DNA of 64,000 nucleotides, taken from assembly GCA_031835245.2 (NCBI GenBank), contig JAVKOQ020000056.1, positions 124,001-188,000 of the forward strand. Reading direction: 5' to 3'. Below the pieces are notes generated by a model that was given only the letters and a program-made list of their open reading frames with translations, searched no databases and was not told the origin of the DNA. Positions within the stretch are counted from its first letter, which is position 1. Each line of letters begins with the position of its first letter. Position numbers and translations under genes: made by a program. Below are positions 1 through 16,796 of the stretch, one piece after another. The stretch comes from Balamuthia mandrillaris (taxonomy: Eukaryota).

Positions 1-479
1 GGGTCAAAGCAGCATGCGGAGCAAAAGCATGCATGGTGGGCGTTCTCTGGAAGCGCTGCCGCAGGCACATTCTGCTCTTCAGCCTCTGCTTCCACCGAAC
101 ATGCGGCTTCTTCTTCTTCTTCTTCTTCATTTTACCTTTATGTCCTATTCCTCCTCTCTCTTCTCCCTCTTCTCTTCCCTCTCCTCTTCCCTCTCTTCTT
201 CCCTCTCCTTCTCCACCTCCTCTTTCCCTCTCCTCAGGGCCAAAGGTTCTTCTCCACAGGGCAGCCCAGAAGGCGTCTTGGTGCTGCAGCCGCGTCCAGA
301 GGTCCTTGCAGGTGGAGCTCAGCGCATGAAAGTCGCGCAGCTCGAGGTTCTGGCATACTTGCAGGTGCAGCTCCAGCGGTAGCTCCAAAAAACTTGGGGT
401 CGTCGTCGTCGTTGTCGTCTTTGGTGGTCGAGTCTGGGCAGAGGCCGCTCTCTTCTTCCTTCTTCGTTTCAAGTATCAT
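1..479 (-). CDS. F-box domain protein (5' part; runs off the window start; apparent 1-nt frameshift at A6 run 387-392)
   Basis: ATG at 479 opens MILETKKEEE...DDPKF. Removing one T of the homopolymer gives LELPLELHLQVCQNLELRDFHALSSTCKDLWTRLQHQDAFWAALWRRTF, a typical F-box pattern (LPxE...L..V...L...D...L..TCK.W), open to the window edge. Confidence 0.75.
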
Positions 480-802
480 GTCGACACGGATTATCTTAAT
501 GTAGTGCAGCTTAACTGCAGATTTGCTGCTTTAAAGGACCACAAAGCGAGAACAGATGTCACAACGGTGCACAAGGTGTGCAAAATAAGAGCACGATAAT
601 GTCGACATATAATAAAAAGAAAGGAAAACAGCGGTGAAAGCCGAAGAAAAGAGGAGAAGCGGAGAAGCGGAAGGAGAGAGAGAGAGAGACACACACGCAC
701 TCCAAAGGGAAGTCTCCCACCACTACCGCTGCTACTCACGACACGTACACGTAACGTGCCAGTGTTACCCCACAACAACAAACAACAACAAAAAAATAAC
801 GA

Positions 803-1990
803 ATGAGTATCGAAGAGGCAGTGCCGACCTACGCCTTGGGCGCCCTCGTGGCTGGAGGCGGTATCATGGGCTTCAAAAAAGCCCGCTCGTGGCCTAGGTT
901 TGCTTTCTCTCTCTCTCTACTTCGTCTTCTCTTTTTTTATTATTTTGTTAATAGTGTTTTTTTTTAAAGCCTTATTTCAGGGCTTGGCTTTGGTACCTTG
1001 TTTGTGCTCAGCGGAGAGCTGATGAGAAAGCCAGAGTCGGCCACTACTGGCAAAGTTACTTCCTTTGGTTTGTTTCCCTTTTTTTCTTTTTTGGGCTCTT
1101 TTGCTTCTTCATGTTCGTCTTGTTGTAGTTGTTGTTGATCTTTTTCTTCTCCTCCGTCTTGCTGTTGTTCTTGTTCTTCTTTTGCTTCATGTTCTCCTTC
1201 TCCTTCTTCTTTTTCTTCTTCTTCGTTCTTTGTTCTCCTTCTTATTGTTCTTCTTCTTCTTGTCTTCCTTTTCTGCTTGTTCTTCTTCTTCTTCTTCTTC
1301 TTCTTCTTCATGTTCTCCTTCTTCATCTTCTTCTTGTTCTTCTTGTTCTCCTTCTTCTTCTTCTTCTTCTCCGTCTTGCTGTTGTTCTTCTTCTTCTTGC
1401 TTCTGCTTCTTCTGATCCATTTTAACGTACGGCCATTGAAAGCCTCGTCTATCCTGCTGACAAGCGCCATGTACCAACGCTTCAACAAGACAAGAGCGCT
1501 CTTCCCAGCGGGAGCCATGTGCGGTCTCGGCGTGGTGGCCACCGTCTACCACGGCAACCTCTTCTTCCCCGAGGGCCAAGGGCTTCGTTACCTGGCCGGC
1601 AAGGCCAGAAGGGACGGACGTCTGGAAGAGGTCCGACTGGAAGCCCCCAGGACGCATCGTTTGGATGCCAAGCACAAAGAAAGGGCGAGGGAGGAGCTGG
1701 AGGAGAACGAGCTGGCGATGGAAGAGGTGGACGAAGAGGCGGAGAGAGCCATGAGGAGCCATGAGAAGCTTGTGGCCAACAGGTTGTCCCCATCGTCATC
1801 CACGACAAGCAGCCATTTCACCTCTTCCTCCGCTCCTCATCCCAAGGAGGTGGCAACGAGCCAAGACGACGATGAGGAAGAGGACGCCTCGTCGCCCTCG
1901 ACCTCCTCCACAACGGTCGCAACGACCATCACCACCGATGCCCAAAAGAACGACGACAACAAAGAAGAGGACGAGGAGGAGGACGACTAA
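803..1990 (+). CDS. TMEM14-family small membrane protein with acidic low-complexity C-terminal extension (3 exons)
   Basis: The spliced product reads MSIEEAVPTYALGALVAGGGIMGFKKARSWPS|LISGLGFGTLFVLSG...TSF|ASSILLTSAMYQRFNKTRALFPAGAMCGLG, matching the TMEM14 motifs GG.MG..K..S.PSL..G and RF..T....PAG. GT-AG introns at ~898-969 and ~1068-1442. Confidence 0.85.
1100..1415. repeat. Compound (TTC/TTG) microsatellite inside TMEM14 intron 2
   Basis: Directly visible TTC/TTG-rich tract between the splice donor and acceptor. Confidence 0.9.
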
Positions 1991-2062
1991 CAGGAAGAAT
2001 GATCATTCGTTCGAACCTCGCTGTGGATAACAAAGATAAACGTTTGTCTGTTTGCTCTATTT

Positions 2063-4384
<2,322 letters not shown>

Positions 4385-4875
4385 CTGCGCGCCACTTCAG
4401 TGAGTGGATGGCCTCCTGCTACTCTTTTTGTTTGACGACAAAGACCTCTTCTCTTTTTTTTAACTTCTGCAAAACAAAAAGAAAAAAAAAGTAACAAATT
4501 TTGTCGACAACACATTAAATCTAGATGAGCTTTCTACAAACTTTCTATGAATTTCACATGTCGACACGACCTTACACATGACGACATGAATTTAAAGCGC
4601 TCCCACCTGTTTTAAAGGAGACAGAGGAGAGCGAGTAACGCCAGAAGACCTCAAGGGAAAGGAAAAACTGAACTTTGAAAACAAAACTGGAGAGACGTCG
4701 AACAGTTCTGTAACGTGGAAGGACGCATTCCAAACTAAAAAAAAAGAAGGAAGAATATATATGTCTGAAAAAAAAAACTGTTATTGCCGCTGTCTCTACA
4801 GGGAGAATGCAAAAGAACTTTTGAGGACAGTCGCTATCAACTGAGAGAGTTTCACAGAAAGAAGAGAGGAAAGGT

Positions 4876-5277
4876 TTAGAACCAAGAGAAAGGGGAAAGA
4901 GATCCTGCCGCGGAGTCGTCTCTGGAGTTCTCGCTGGAGTCCATGTCTTCAGAGGCGTTGCTGCTATCCTTGCTCTGAGAGCCGTCATAGCCGTCAGAGC
5001 CATCAGCACCGTCAGCACCATCATCGCCATCAGCTCCATCGGCTCCATCAGTGCCGTCAGTGCCGTCAGTTTCATCAGATCCGTCGGTTCCATCCATACT
5101 ATCAGAGCCATCCATGCCATCACCTCCATCGCCATAGCCGTCGGAACCGTCGCCGTAACCAGAGCAGTAGTCGCGCCCTATGACGTGTCCTTGGGTAGTC
5201 CGTTGAATGGGCTCAGCGCAGATCATTGAAATGGCGACCATGAGGCAGGTTACAAACAAAACGGTGCTCAACTTCAT
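4876..5277 (-). CDS. Small secreted acidic protein with (xDG)n triplet repeats
   Basis: 133-aa intronless ORF with N-terminal signal peptide MKLSTVLFVTCLMVAISMICA, a DG-x triplet tract and a Ser/Asp-rich tail. Confidence 0.8.
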   Translation of the reverse strand: MKLSTVLFVTCLMVAISMICAEPIQRTTQGHVIGRDYCSGYGDGSDGYGDGGDGMDGSDSMDGTDGSDETDGTDGTDGADGADGDDGADGADGSDGYDGSQSKDSSNASEDMDSSENSRDDSAAGSLSPFSWF

Positions 5278-5879
5278 CCTGGTGATTTGTTATTGTTCGA
5301 GTACAAAAAGGGGTTGGTGGTTTCTTGTAGCTGTAGTGATGCTGCTGTGGTGGTTTGTTGTTGTTTTTGTTGTTGTTGGGAACAGCAAAGCCAAGAATAC
5401 TCACCAATTTTATAGTTTGTAAGCCATTCCTTGAACGCCACCATCAAAATTGATACAGTCATAGAGTCACCCTCTTTTCCACCTTTCTAGCATCGAAATC
5501 CACCGGGATCGTACCTGCATTACATCCCCCTTCCCCCCATTCTCCTAGAGCAGGAGGCAGAAAACTCGATCGAGGGGGGAGGGCCTGCCAGGAGTTCACC
5601 TTTGCTTTTCCATGCCTTCCCTTTGAATTTTCAAATATCGAATGGGAATAAAAGGAAACATCGAAAAAAAACCATTACCGCACGACGGCACGTTCTCTCT
5701 CCTCTCCATATCTCTCTCCCTTGCGTCTCGGAAACGAGCTAACAGCTACGAGCTGATGTGGTGTTGAGCTCCTCTTGCTTCTTCTCTCACTTTCCTGTGG
5801 GAAGGAAAATGTGTCGACAATACAAGCAACCAAGGAAAAGTTGTCCACAAAAACCCTTCGGCAAAGAAGAAGGGAGAAA

Positions 5880-7544
5880 ATGGGGACGAGGATCCTGCTG
5901 ACCCAACAGCGGCTACTGTACGCCTTGGGGGGCTCTTGGTTTCTGTTCATGATGATAACGCTTTTCCAGGCTCGCTCCAAAGTCACGATCACAGAGGAAT
6001 GCGTGCAAGCCTTGGCGGATACCAACCTAGCCTTAACGAAGAAACAGGGTGACCGTATTGCACAACTAGAAGAGGAGCTGGCTCGGTTCAGACAAACTGG
6101 ATATGGTAGACCTCGCGCCACGCCGCTTAGCACAAAAGATAATCCTTCCGAATACACAGTCGCAAGAATATGGGTAATGTTACGCTCCCTCTGCTCCGAG
6201 CTCATCATTTGCTTTTTTAAATGAACACTCTATGATAGCCTCCTTCTCAGAGTGAGCAGCGACCACCAAGAAGAGTTGCAGTCATCTTACCCCATGTAGC
6301 TTTTTGCCACTATTACAGTGTTTGTTTGTTTATTTTTTTTAATGTTCCATTTCAAAGTGCAGGAAGCAGGAGGACAGGCTGCGACAGTGGTTCGATGGGT
6401 TCGTTTCCTTCGTTTTGGTTTACGGCTCTCGTTTCTTACCCTATTTCCTGACATATCAAATACAAAAAACAAAGGCTAAAGAACTTCTACAACCAACCTG
6501 CATGTAACCCTAAAAATGGGTACGCCAACTACATGGACTTTTACTTCTACACCAACAAACTGCACGAGGATAGCATGGCAGGGCAGGAACGAAAGTTCAA
6601 GGAGGTAAAACAGGCCATGCTCCAGGCCAACGTATCTCATTGCTTTGGCTCTATACGTACATGGTCCGCAAATCTCTCTGACATGGAAGATCCAGAGACG
6701 TACTCCACCTTTCCTGTTGCAAAGATGTTCTATGAGGTATTCAAGGTATTTCTTCTTCCGGTTCCCTCGTTTTTTTGCGTTGTTGTTGTGCTTCCACTTC
6801 TCACCACAATCATTTATCTCGGCTGTTGGATTCTACAGACGGAGTTTATTCGAGGCCACTATGATTATTTTTTCTACATGGAGTCAGATGTGAGGCCTAT
6901 ACGACCGTTCTGGATTGATAAAATCTATGAAGAGGTAACGAACCGTATCTTTGTATCTCTTCTTCTGTGCTCTATCTTTCACTCAAGAGATTGCGTTACT
7001 AACTAAGAGGACAGATAGAGTTTGTGCCGGATTTCTTCCAAAAAGGTCCCATGTACCAAGGAATAGCCCTACCGGCTGACTACTGTTATAACCTCTACTG
7101 CGGGTGCGGCGATCATATGAACGGCAACAGTGTTTACAGGCTGGGTCATCCTATATTTGATGAGTTTTTGAAAGCGTACGACTTATTTTGAAGTTTTTTT
7201 TGTAAAGTAGTATATCTCTAGAAACCTAAAATCGCTTTGCTGTGGTGACAACAAACAGGGCTGAACGGACAAGACCCGCTGACTGGTGTTATGACGCCTA
7301 CATGATTAACTTTCTGCGAGACAAGGGCAACTGGCGATTTTTTCAGCGCTACGCCCCAAAGTTTGTTTACACCGACTTCATACAACACCGCAGCCCGCTG
7401 ACGGTGGCCAACGTGCGAGAAAAGTTCCCCAACACGTACCTCCTCCACCAAGCCACCTACCATCCTACCGAAGACCAAGAAGCGCTCCTGGGGGAGGACT
7501 GGTTCGGCCCGTCGTGGTTTCCCCATAACATAATCAATCCTTAG
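5880..7544 (+). CDS. Type II membrane protein, putative GT-A-fold glycosyltransferase (multi-exon)
   Basis: Short basic N-terminus, one TM helix and a coiled-coil stem, then YDYFFYMESDVRP (ExD after a beta strand), HMNGNSVY and a C-terminal YLLH. Several GT-AG introns. Confidence 0.6.
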
Positions 7545-8155
7545 ATCACCTGATCATAATGAGCCGGAAAGCAAATTTCCCGTATTTGGATAGAAATGTC
7601 TAGAAAAGGTCCGCTGCGGACTATATTTAGTGAATGGAAATTTCAACCAAACTTACACGACAACCAATCTCCGCTCCTTAGCGCAGATTAAAGCGAGATG
7701 ATTGGTAGGTTTGAGACTACGCGATCGACCTTTTACGGAAAATAGTCTGGTAAATCATTTCCGATGTGCGCTTTCGGCCTGATCTCCCCTCCTAGGTAAA
7801 CCAGCAAATCGACAAAAAGGGAGTATCCCAGTAGATGTCCGGAATTAAAGTGGTCTGCTGAGTTTCGATTTCCCTTTAAAAGGCACACTTTTCTAAAAAA
7901 GGGTTTGCTTGTCAATAAATTTACCTTTCATGTGCCTGTTGAATTGGCTGAGGATTTGAAGCGGGTTGTCGATGATGGCACCGTTTATCAATTTGCGCGT
8001 GGCTCGGGCTCGCTCTGCCTTTCTTTTTGTATTCTTATTTTTTCATTTTTTTCACTAGAACGAACAAAACACGAAACAACAACACCCAACCAACCAACCA
8101 ACCAACCGCCCGCACATTAACGAACCACTAACGAATACACAGCATTGGCGCCACG

Positions 8156-9043
8156 ATGAGGAACAACGGCATGGCTTGCATCTTGCGACAGATAGAGGAG
8201 GAGCGAAAGAAAAAGGAGCGACTGGAGTGGTACCTCAACGAGGTCGTGCTGGAGAAGAACGAGCTCCTCTCCTTGGAAAGCGTCTTCGAGGAATGGGAAC
8301 GAGAGCTGGACGTGGCCCGGGCCATGTCCAAGCCGCGACGCGTGGTCTCCCTCCAGCAAGAACTGGACCTCAAGTTTACTATTTCGCAGGGCCAAACCGT
8401 CCAGCGACAACGCGCACAGCCACACCTGGCCACCGCCGCTCCTTCTGCCTCTTCTCCTCTTCCTTCCACAGAGCTTCCTAGACACAGCATTGCCACTCAC
8501 TCCATCCTTCTCAAGACAAACGCGGCCAAACACGTCTCCTGCGGAAAGCGAAAGCGAAACGAGTCGCCGCCGCTCTTGCACTCGGGCTTGGACTGCTTGC
8601 TTCACGGCCATGGCGGCAACGAGTCCGAAGGAGAGGACGACCTGGAAGCCACTACTAGCACAGTACCCCCACACAAAAGACTCAGAGAAAGCGAACCACA
8701 AAACACAAACAGCAAGCTGCCTGTCAGCAACAACAACACAAACAACAACGTTGCCCAAACGGGACGGCCTCGGCCTCTGCATCACGAGGCTTCTTCTTCG
8801 TTTTTGGAGGCAAAGCGAAGGCTGGGCTTGGCTGACAAGACCAAGAAAGGGCAAGAGTCCTTCGAGGACCTGCTATCCGGACGCGAAAAGCACCGAGCCC
8901 CCTCCTCCTCTTCCTCTGCCTCTTCTTCCTGTTCCTTTTTGGCCACCCGTCAGTTTGAACAACAAAGCAGTCACCACCACGAGCACCACCATGAGGAGGA
9001 CTGGACACAACACCAAGCGGCAACGGCTCTGTTGGAAGTCTGA
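8156..9043 (+). CDS. Hypothetical intronless protein, N-terminal coiled coil plus low-complexity region
   Basis: 295-aa ATG ORF flanked by typical UTR-like sequence. Basic patches (KRKR, HKRLR) suggest nuclear localisation. Confidence 0.6.
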   Translation: MRNNGMACILRQIEEERKKKERLEWYLNEVVLEKNELLSLESVFEEWERELDVARAMSKPRRVVSLQQELDLKFTISQGQTVQRQRAQPHLATAAPSASSPLPSTELPRHSIATHSILLKTNAAKHVSCGKRKRNESPPLLHSGLDCLLHGHGGNESEGEDDLEATTSTVPPHKRLRESEPQNTNSKLPVSNNNTNNNVAQTGRPRPLHHEASSSFLEAKRRLGLADKTKKGQESFEDLLSGREKHRAPSSSSSASSSCSFLATRQFEQQSSHHHEHHHEEDWTQHQAATALLEV

Positions 9044-9753
9044 GGCCGCCACCCCTTTTTTTTTCCCAATTTTTGTTCCTAAAATTTTGTTTTTATTTCA
9101 TTTTTATTTAATTTTTTATCAATTCTTTTTTTTTTTGTTTTCGGGGGGAAGAGGGCTGCGGTGATGAGTTAGCCAACTCAAGGGGGGCTTTCCATTTTCT
9201 TTTTTTTTTTGTTGGTTTTTATCTGGCCCACAACCGTCACCTTTGTCTTCCTCCTCATTCGTATAAAACGAGTTGATAATGCTCTTTTTGTTAAATCGTC
9301 AAATATCTCTCTGTATTCTCCGTTTCTCTCCTCCTCTCTCCTTTTTTTTTGTTTGGGTGTGGGGGAGCTTTACAAAAACAAAAAAAGAGAGAAAGGGGAT
9401 AGATGGCGATGATCTGCTGTATCTCTCCATCTCGCCTTTCGTCAGATCACCGCGCCACCGCGAGTAGCGCCATGACCGTACCGTGCGTGAGATGTCGGGC
9501 ATGGGGAGCAGATAAAAAAAAATAGTTTGGCTGGCAAAACGATTCACAGGTTAGGGTTTACCGGTTATGATCTAGGGTTAGACTACCGATCACAAAAACC
9601 CTCAAGCAAGAAAAGTCGACAAAAAGAGAAACAAAAAAAGACGACGCGATAAAAAAAAGAGAGAGAAGCAATTCAATATTATTTTTTTCGGTTCGAGGAG
9701 GAGGAACAAAGGAACAGAGCAAAGGAAAAAAAAAAATAGTCTGCTTGGGAGGG

Positions 9754-11547
<1,794 letters not shown>

Positions 11548-11653
11548 TTGACGAGCCGAACAACAACGGAGAGTCTACCGTGCGCCCAACATTCCTATTT
11601 CTCTGTAACAACTAACATTCTCCAAAAAGTTTTTTTTTGTTCTTCATCTTTTG

Positions 11654-14600
11654 TTATTTGGGTTTGTGGGAGTAGGTGCCGCCTTGTTGGAAAAGCTTCT
11701 CTTCCCGGACTTGCTTGTCCAAGTAAGAGCGCAGCTCCTCCCCGCTTTTGTCGTAGATGGGGCACGTCATTTGCAGCATCATGTGAATGTTGTCCAGAGG
11801 CATTCCGTCAGCTGAGTTCATCAGCATGGCGTTGATGAACTGACCGCATACCTCCCATAGCTCTTTGTCTTGCTCCTCCACGGAAGAGAGCGCTGATTGT
11901 CCTTCTTCTTCCATCCCTCCTCCAGCTGCTGTTGTTCGTTAATATTTTTAGTTGAAACAGAAGAAACACGAGAAAGCGAAGAGAAGCATACATAGAAAGG
12001 TGGAACCATCGGAAGGAGCAAGGAGCAGTTTGTAATTGTCCTTGCTGACTTCTTGGAGGACGCCTTGCGCTATCCAGAAGCCAAGCCTGCGCTTCACAAC
12101 CTCGGTCGTGATTTCCAACGCAGAGGCCAACTCGTCCGATGTCCAATGCTCTGTTGTTTCATGAAAATGTTGAAAACAAGCGATAAGCCAAGAAGGAAGC
12201 CCATTCTGGGTCTGTACAACGCCTCTTACCTTTGTCTTGGAAGAGATTGATGATGGCAGCTTGGAGGGGAGCCACTTTGCTAAACTGTTTTGTGGTGCCA
12301 TCAGGAAACTCTAGCTCGAGGTCTACGGTGCCCAAGTGGCTGTGCCACGTTAGCTGCCTGTTGTCTTTTAGCAGCTGATATCGTTCCTCGTAACTCTTCA
12401 TCATGCTGTACATATTGTTAGTTCACAAGCGATGGAAAAAAGGAGGGTAGAAAAGGAAGTGTGTGGTAACTTGGTAACCGTGGGAGGGAGCTTGACTTTT
12501 TCAGCACGAAAGGGTGGCCAAAACAAGGACGACAAGATAGTAGCATTAAGCAAGGCTGCCTCTTCATCCTCTTCTTGCTCATCGCTGCTCCGGTCTTTGC
12601 TGGAATGCACATACTGGTTGATGCGTTTGGAGTCTGCCAAATCTTGCACCATGATTTGGCATTCATGCAGAGCGACGTCTCCAAACCGCAGTTTCAACAA
12701 CTCCAATGTACGAATCTGACATTGAAGAAAGGAAAAGTGAGCGGAAAGAAGGAAATGACAAGCACTTTAACTAAACCTCTTGATCTGTGTCATAGTCAAC
12801 AACGGCAAGTAAGCGATCCGCCAACATGTTTTTGTACTCAGCAACAAACATCTCCTTGCTACCATAGATTTCCAATAACATGCTTATTACATCCCTCTTT
12901 CGCCGCCGCTGCAGGCCTCCAGCTTGTTTGTCTTCCGATTAGTGTCACATGGGCCAAGGAAAAGAACAGAAGGAGGTTGGGATCGTACGAATGGAATAAA
13001 GCAGAGCGTCAGTGGTTTCAGGTTGCCAGGGTTCGCCTGTGCTTCCTTCCTTGTCCTCTTCATCCTCGCTATCGCTGAATTCGTCCCAATTGGTATCACC
13101 TTGATCCAATTCTTCATAGAGCTCACTGTTTTGGTCCGTCAGGTTGGTGATTATGCACCTGATTGTGTCCTCACGTTCTCTGCGGGTGAGCAGAAAGAGA
13201 AAAATGGAAGTTATAATGGCGAAGAAAGATAGGCCTTGAAAACAACCGGCGCACCTGAGGTAGAGATGAATGGGAGAAGAAACAGCCTCTAATATGATAC
13301 CGGAGGGATCCAACAGCCGCAAGGCTTTTATGGTGGAAATGTAAGTGGTGATGATGTCGGATGTGTTTGCGCCAGCGTGCAACAATCTCTGTTTGAAACT
13401 GTTGAAAAAGTGCACTGTCGTTGAGACTCAAAAGTAAAAAACAACCAAAAAAATAATAATAAAACATAAAAAGGCGTACGCAGAGGTAAGAGAAGAAACG
13501 AGAAAAGGTTGTTGGTCAGTGTGAGCGAGACATTCCTTCAAGTCGAGCAAGGCCGGTTCGCTATCAGGAAAATCCACAATAATATCAAACAAGCCTCGTA
13601 TCCTGCAGCAGACAAACACCAATCAATAGTAACAATAAACAAGGTTAGTTCATAATAACCAAAGGGACGAGAGAGGAGAGAGAGAGAGAGAGGAGAGCGA
13701 GTGAGGAAAGAGCAGGAAGCAAGCTAACCGAAGACCAGCAAACGTTTCGTAAAGGTGGAATGACAAACGGGTTTTCCACTGTGTGTAGATAGCGTGCCGT
13801 GTTTGCCAACTATCTATAATACGCGCTCTTTCTTCCCCAGCTTTGTTGTATGCTTTAATTAGATAACAGAGAAGATAAAGAGAAGCAAAAACAAAGAAAC
13901 GTACAAGGGCCATCGACCAAGAGAACAAAGCGTAGCCAAGCAAAGACCACGTCATTCGCATATCGCAACATCTTTCGTAAAACAGGTTGAGCGTAGCTGT
14001 CACGAGAGCCCGCATTTTTTACAATGTACTGCTCCATCCTATCGAGCAGCAGCTCTGACAAGGTTCCTTCCAGCAGTCCCAGAACATTCGCTATTGGCAA
14101 AGTATACAGTTTCCAACCTACTTCTTCCATCATTCTCTCTAACTTTTCCTTCATTTCTTCCTCCTCTATTTGTTCGTCGTCGTTCTCATCATCCTCTTCT
14201 GCTTCACCATCATCTTCCTCTTCCTGTTCTCCCTTGTCACGTGATAGCAAGCGTTTCCACTTGGTAAAGAGGTCAAAGTGACGAGAGAAGAAGCAAGCAA
14301 GGAGTTGCAAGAAAACAGGCACCTTCAAAAAGAAATGCATCTGAACTTGCCGCCGAAAGCACAGCATCACGTCCTCTCCTCCTTTACACAGCGGGCGCAG
14401 CAATGAGCAAACGTCCTCCTCCGAAGGCCGCAGCGTCTCCGCCAATGCCTCCACTGCCTTTGGCAGAGCCTCTTCTTCAAACCGCCACCGTTTTTCTTTG
14501 TCTTGCGCGTCTTCTTCTTCACTGGTTGGGGACAAAACTCCTGCCTCCGACATGACCTCCCAAAACGTTTTCATCGGCTCTTTGTCCTTGCACTCCCATT

Positions 14601-14984
14601 GTTGCTTCAGTGCTCCTGTAACATTAGAAAGAAAAAGAGCAAAGTCGTAGCAAGATGAGGGAAACAAAGGTTGAGTAGAGTAGGCGAACTCCTGGTGGGT
14701 GGGCATGTACCCCAATACCACCGCAGGATAAAGTCAGAGTAACCAGCTGCGGCCAACGCCGACAGTTTTGACTTGATGATCTGCTGCTCTGCTTTCCGTG
14801 GCAACACACAGCAAGGACGTCGTTTTTTTTTTAAAAAAAAAAAGGAATTCAAAGGGGATGGAAATATGAAGCAAAAATAAGGCTACTGACTGTTAGTTTT
14901 CCGTTCATAGGGTTGAGCGAGGTACTGCGATACGGCCTCCCACAAGAGATCTTCCTCCTCGGCAGCTACTTCCTCTTGCTCCAT
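11654..14984 (-). CDS. ANAPC2: Anaphase-promoting complex subunit 2 (cullin-like), multi-exon
   Basis: LFDIIVDFPDSEPALLDLKECL, RLLHAGANTSDIITTYISTIKALRLLDPSG, LLKLRFGD..LHECQIM..D..DSKRIN, ILSSLFWP, and C-terminal winged helix FINAMLMN...MPLDNIHMMLQM. Confidence 0.93.
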
Positions 14985-15169
14985 TATGTCCTCCTTCCTC
15001 CTGCAATTTCTGTATGCAACAGCATAAATTCGCATAAATTCACCAAGTCCAAGATTTGCACTCCTCGGAATAAATGAAACTTTTTGGCGAAAACGCCATA
15101 AAGAGGTTTGAACATGGCGGAATTCTCAAAAAGAGCCAAAAAGTATCAATTGCCCTCCAAAAAGAAAGA

Positions 15170-16469
15170 ATGAAGAACGATGGTTACGTCTACTACGACA
15201 CGGTTGCTGCCTTGTCGACGTCCGGTTGCTCCTCCTCCTCCTCCTCTGGCACCACTCTCACTCTTTTAGATTTCTACACTCGCAAGCACGGCCACTTCCC
15301 TCCCGCGACTTGGCTGGACAGGATAAGGAAGGGCCACGTGAGAGTGGAGGGACAGGTCGTCACCGACGAGAACGCAACGCTGCTCGAGGGGCAGAAACTG
15401 GAGTACCATCGACCCGCTTGGTTCGAAGACAATGTGCCGTTGCTCACTGATGAACATGTACTGTTGGTCGACGACGACTTCATCGTCGTTAACAAGCCCT
15501 CTGGTAAACCCCTACATTTTACAGTTTTGCTTTCTCTCTCTCTCTCTCTCTCTCTTTGCTTGGCAAAAAAAAAAATGTCTTCTAATCTTTGTTTTGAGGG
15601 TTTTGTTCAAAGGGCTGCCAGTGTTGCCTGGAGGAGGCTTCCTGCAGAACACCATGCTGCACATGTTGCGGCAGCGCTTTGGCGAGGGGTTGAGTCCCAT
15701 ACACCGGCTTGGTAGAGGCACTTCCGGTGCCATTCTCTGGGCCAGGAACAAGCGAGCTGCTCGAGCGTTGGGCAAGAGTATGCAAGACCATGCTATGAAA
15801 AAAGTGTACCTTGCTCTTGCGCAAGGTGCGCTCCTGTTTTCTCTGTTCCTTTTCTTCTTTACTCCCTTCTCAGTGCTTTCGTTATATTCGACACGTCACA
15901 CATGCACAGGTACAACGATGGAGGATAAATTCACGATAAACAGACGGATAGGTCCGGTGGAGTATCCTCTCTTGACCTTCACAAGAACCATTCATGCCGC
16001 CTCTGACGATGGCAAACCTGCCGTCAGCCATTGCACCGTCCTCAACAGGGACGAGCCTGGAGATCGTTCCTTGCTGCAGGTTCGAATCGAGACGGGAAGG
16101 CCTCATCAGATACGCATTCATTTGGCCTCTCATGGCTTCCCTTTGTTAGGTGATCCATTGTACACCAAAGGTGGTGTTCCTTATTCTTCCTTCACGTCAT
16201 CCCCACCTCCTTCTTCTCTGGGTAATGATGCCAAAGAAGACGAAGAGAGAGAAGAGAACGAAGAGAAAGCCGGCGAGGAGCGTGGCGCTCTCCCAGGAGA
16301 CCTCGGCTACTACCTCCACTCTTGGAGACTGTCGTTCCCACACCCTTCCAACCCAAACCACATGGTCAAAGTGCTATGCCCCCCTCCCCCTGAGCTGGAT
16401 CCCGCATCCTTTGGGGGCACAGCCCGTATGGGAACAGAAGAGGAGAAGGAACATAACTCCGAGAACTAG
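15170..16469 (+). CDS. RluA-family pseudouridine synthase-like protein with S4-like domain (HRLG variant)
   Basis: YHRPAWFED, VVNKPSGLPVLPGG, PIHRLGRGTSG, KKVYLAL, IETGRPHQIRIHLASHGFPLLGDPLY, YYLHSWRLSFPHP. Two introns. Confidence 0.9.
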
Positions 16470-16796
16470 CCGTTAACCAGCTATAACTCCGCAAACTAGC
16501 CGTTAAATAAATGAATTATTGCCAAATAAATACCGCTAGCCCAAAATGGGGCAAAAAAGTTCCAAGAAAGAGTAGCGGGCACAAGGAGAGGCGGAAGCAA
16601 GAAGGAGAATTCTTATTTGTGTGTGAGCGAAAGGGACCCAACAAAAACACATTCCTTCTCCTACCCCCCCTTCTTCCGTTTTGTTTTTCGTTTAATGAGG
16701 TGTTGTCGGTGGTGACAAGCAACGAATTTTTTTTTGGTTGGAAGAGGGGAACAAAAACAAAATCCAACGCTCACCTGCACAAAATACACACAAAAC

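Noticed and set aside
964..1542. Lys/Glu-rich minus-strand ORFs
   Set aside because: Antisense reading of the TTC-rich TMEM14 intron.
7545..7960. Possible ncRNA in an intergenic stretch of atypical composition
   Set aside because: No tRNA cloverleaf, A/B boxes or recognisable snRNA/rRNA motif seen by eye. An Rfam search would be needed.
9549..9582. Telomere-like TTAGGG motifs upstream of the kinase
   Set aside because: Only two imperfect copies. Could be chance or a promoter box, and is not a telomeric tract.
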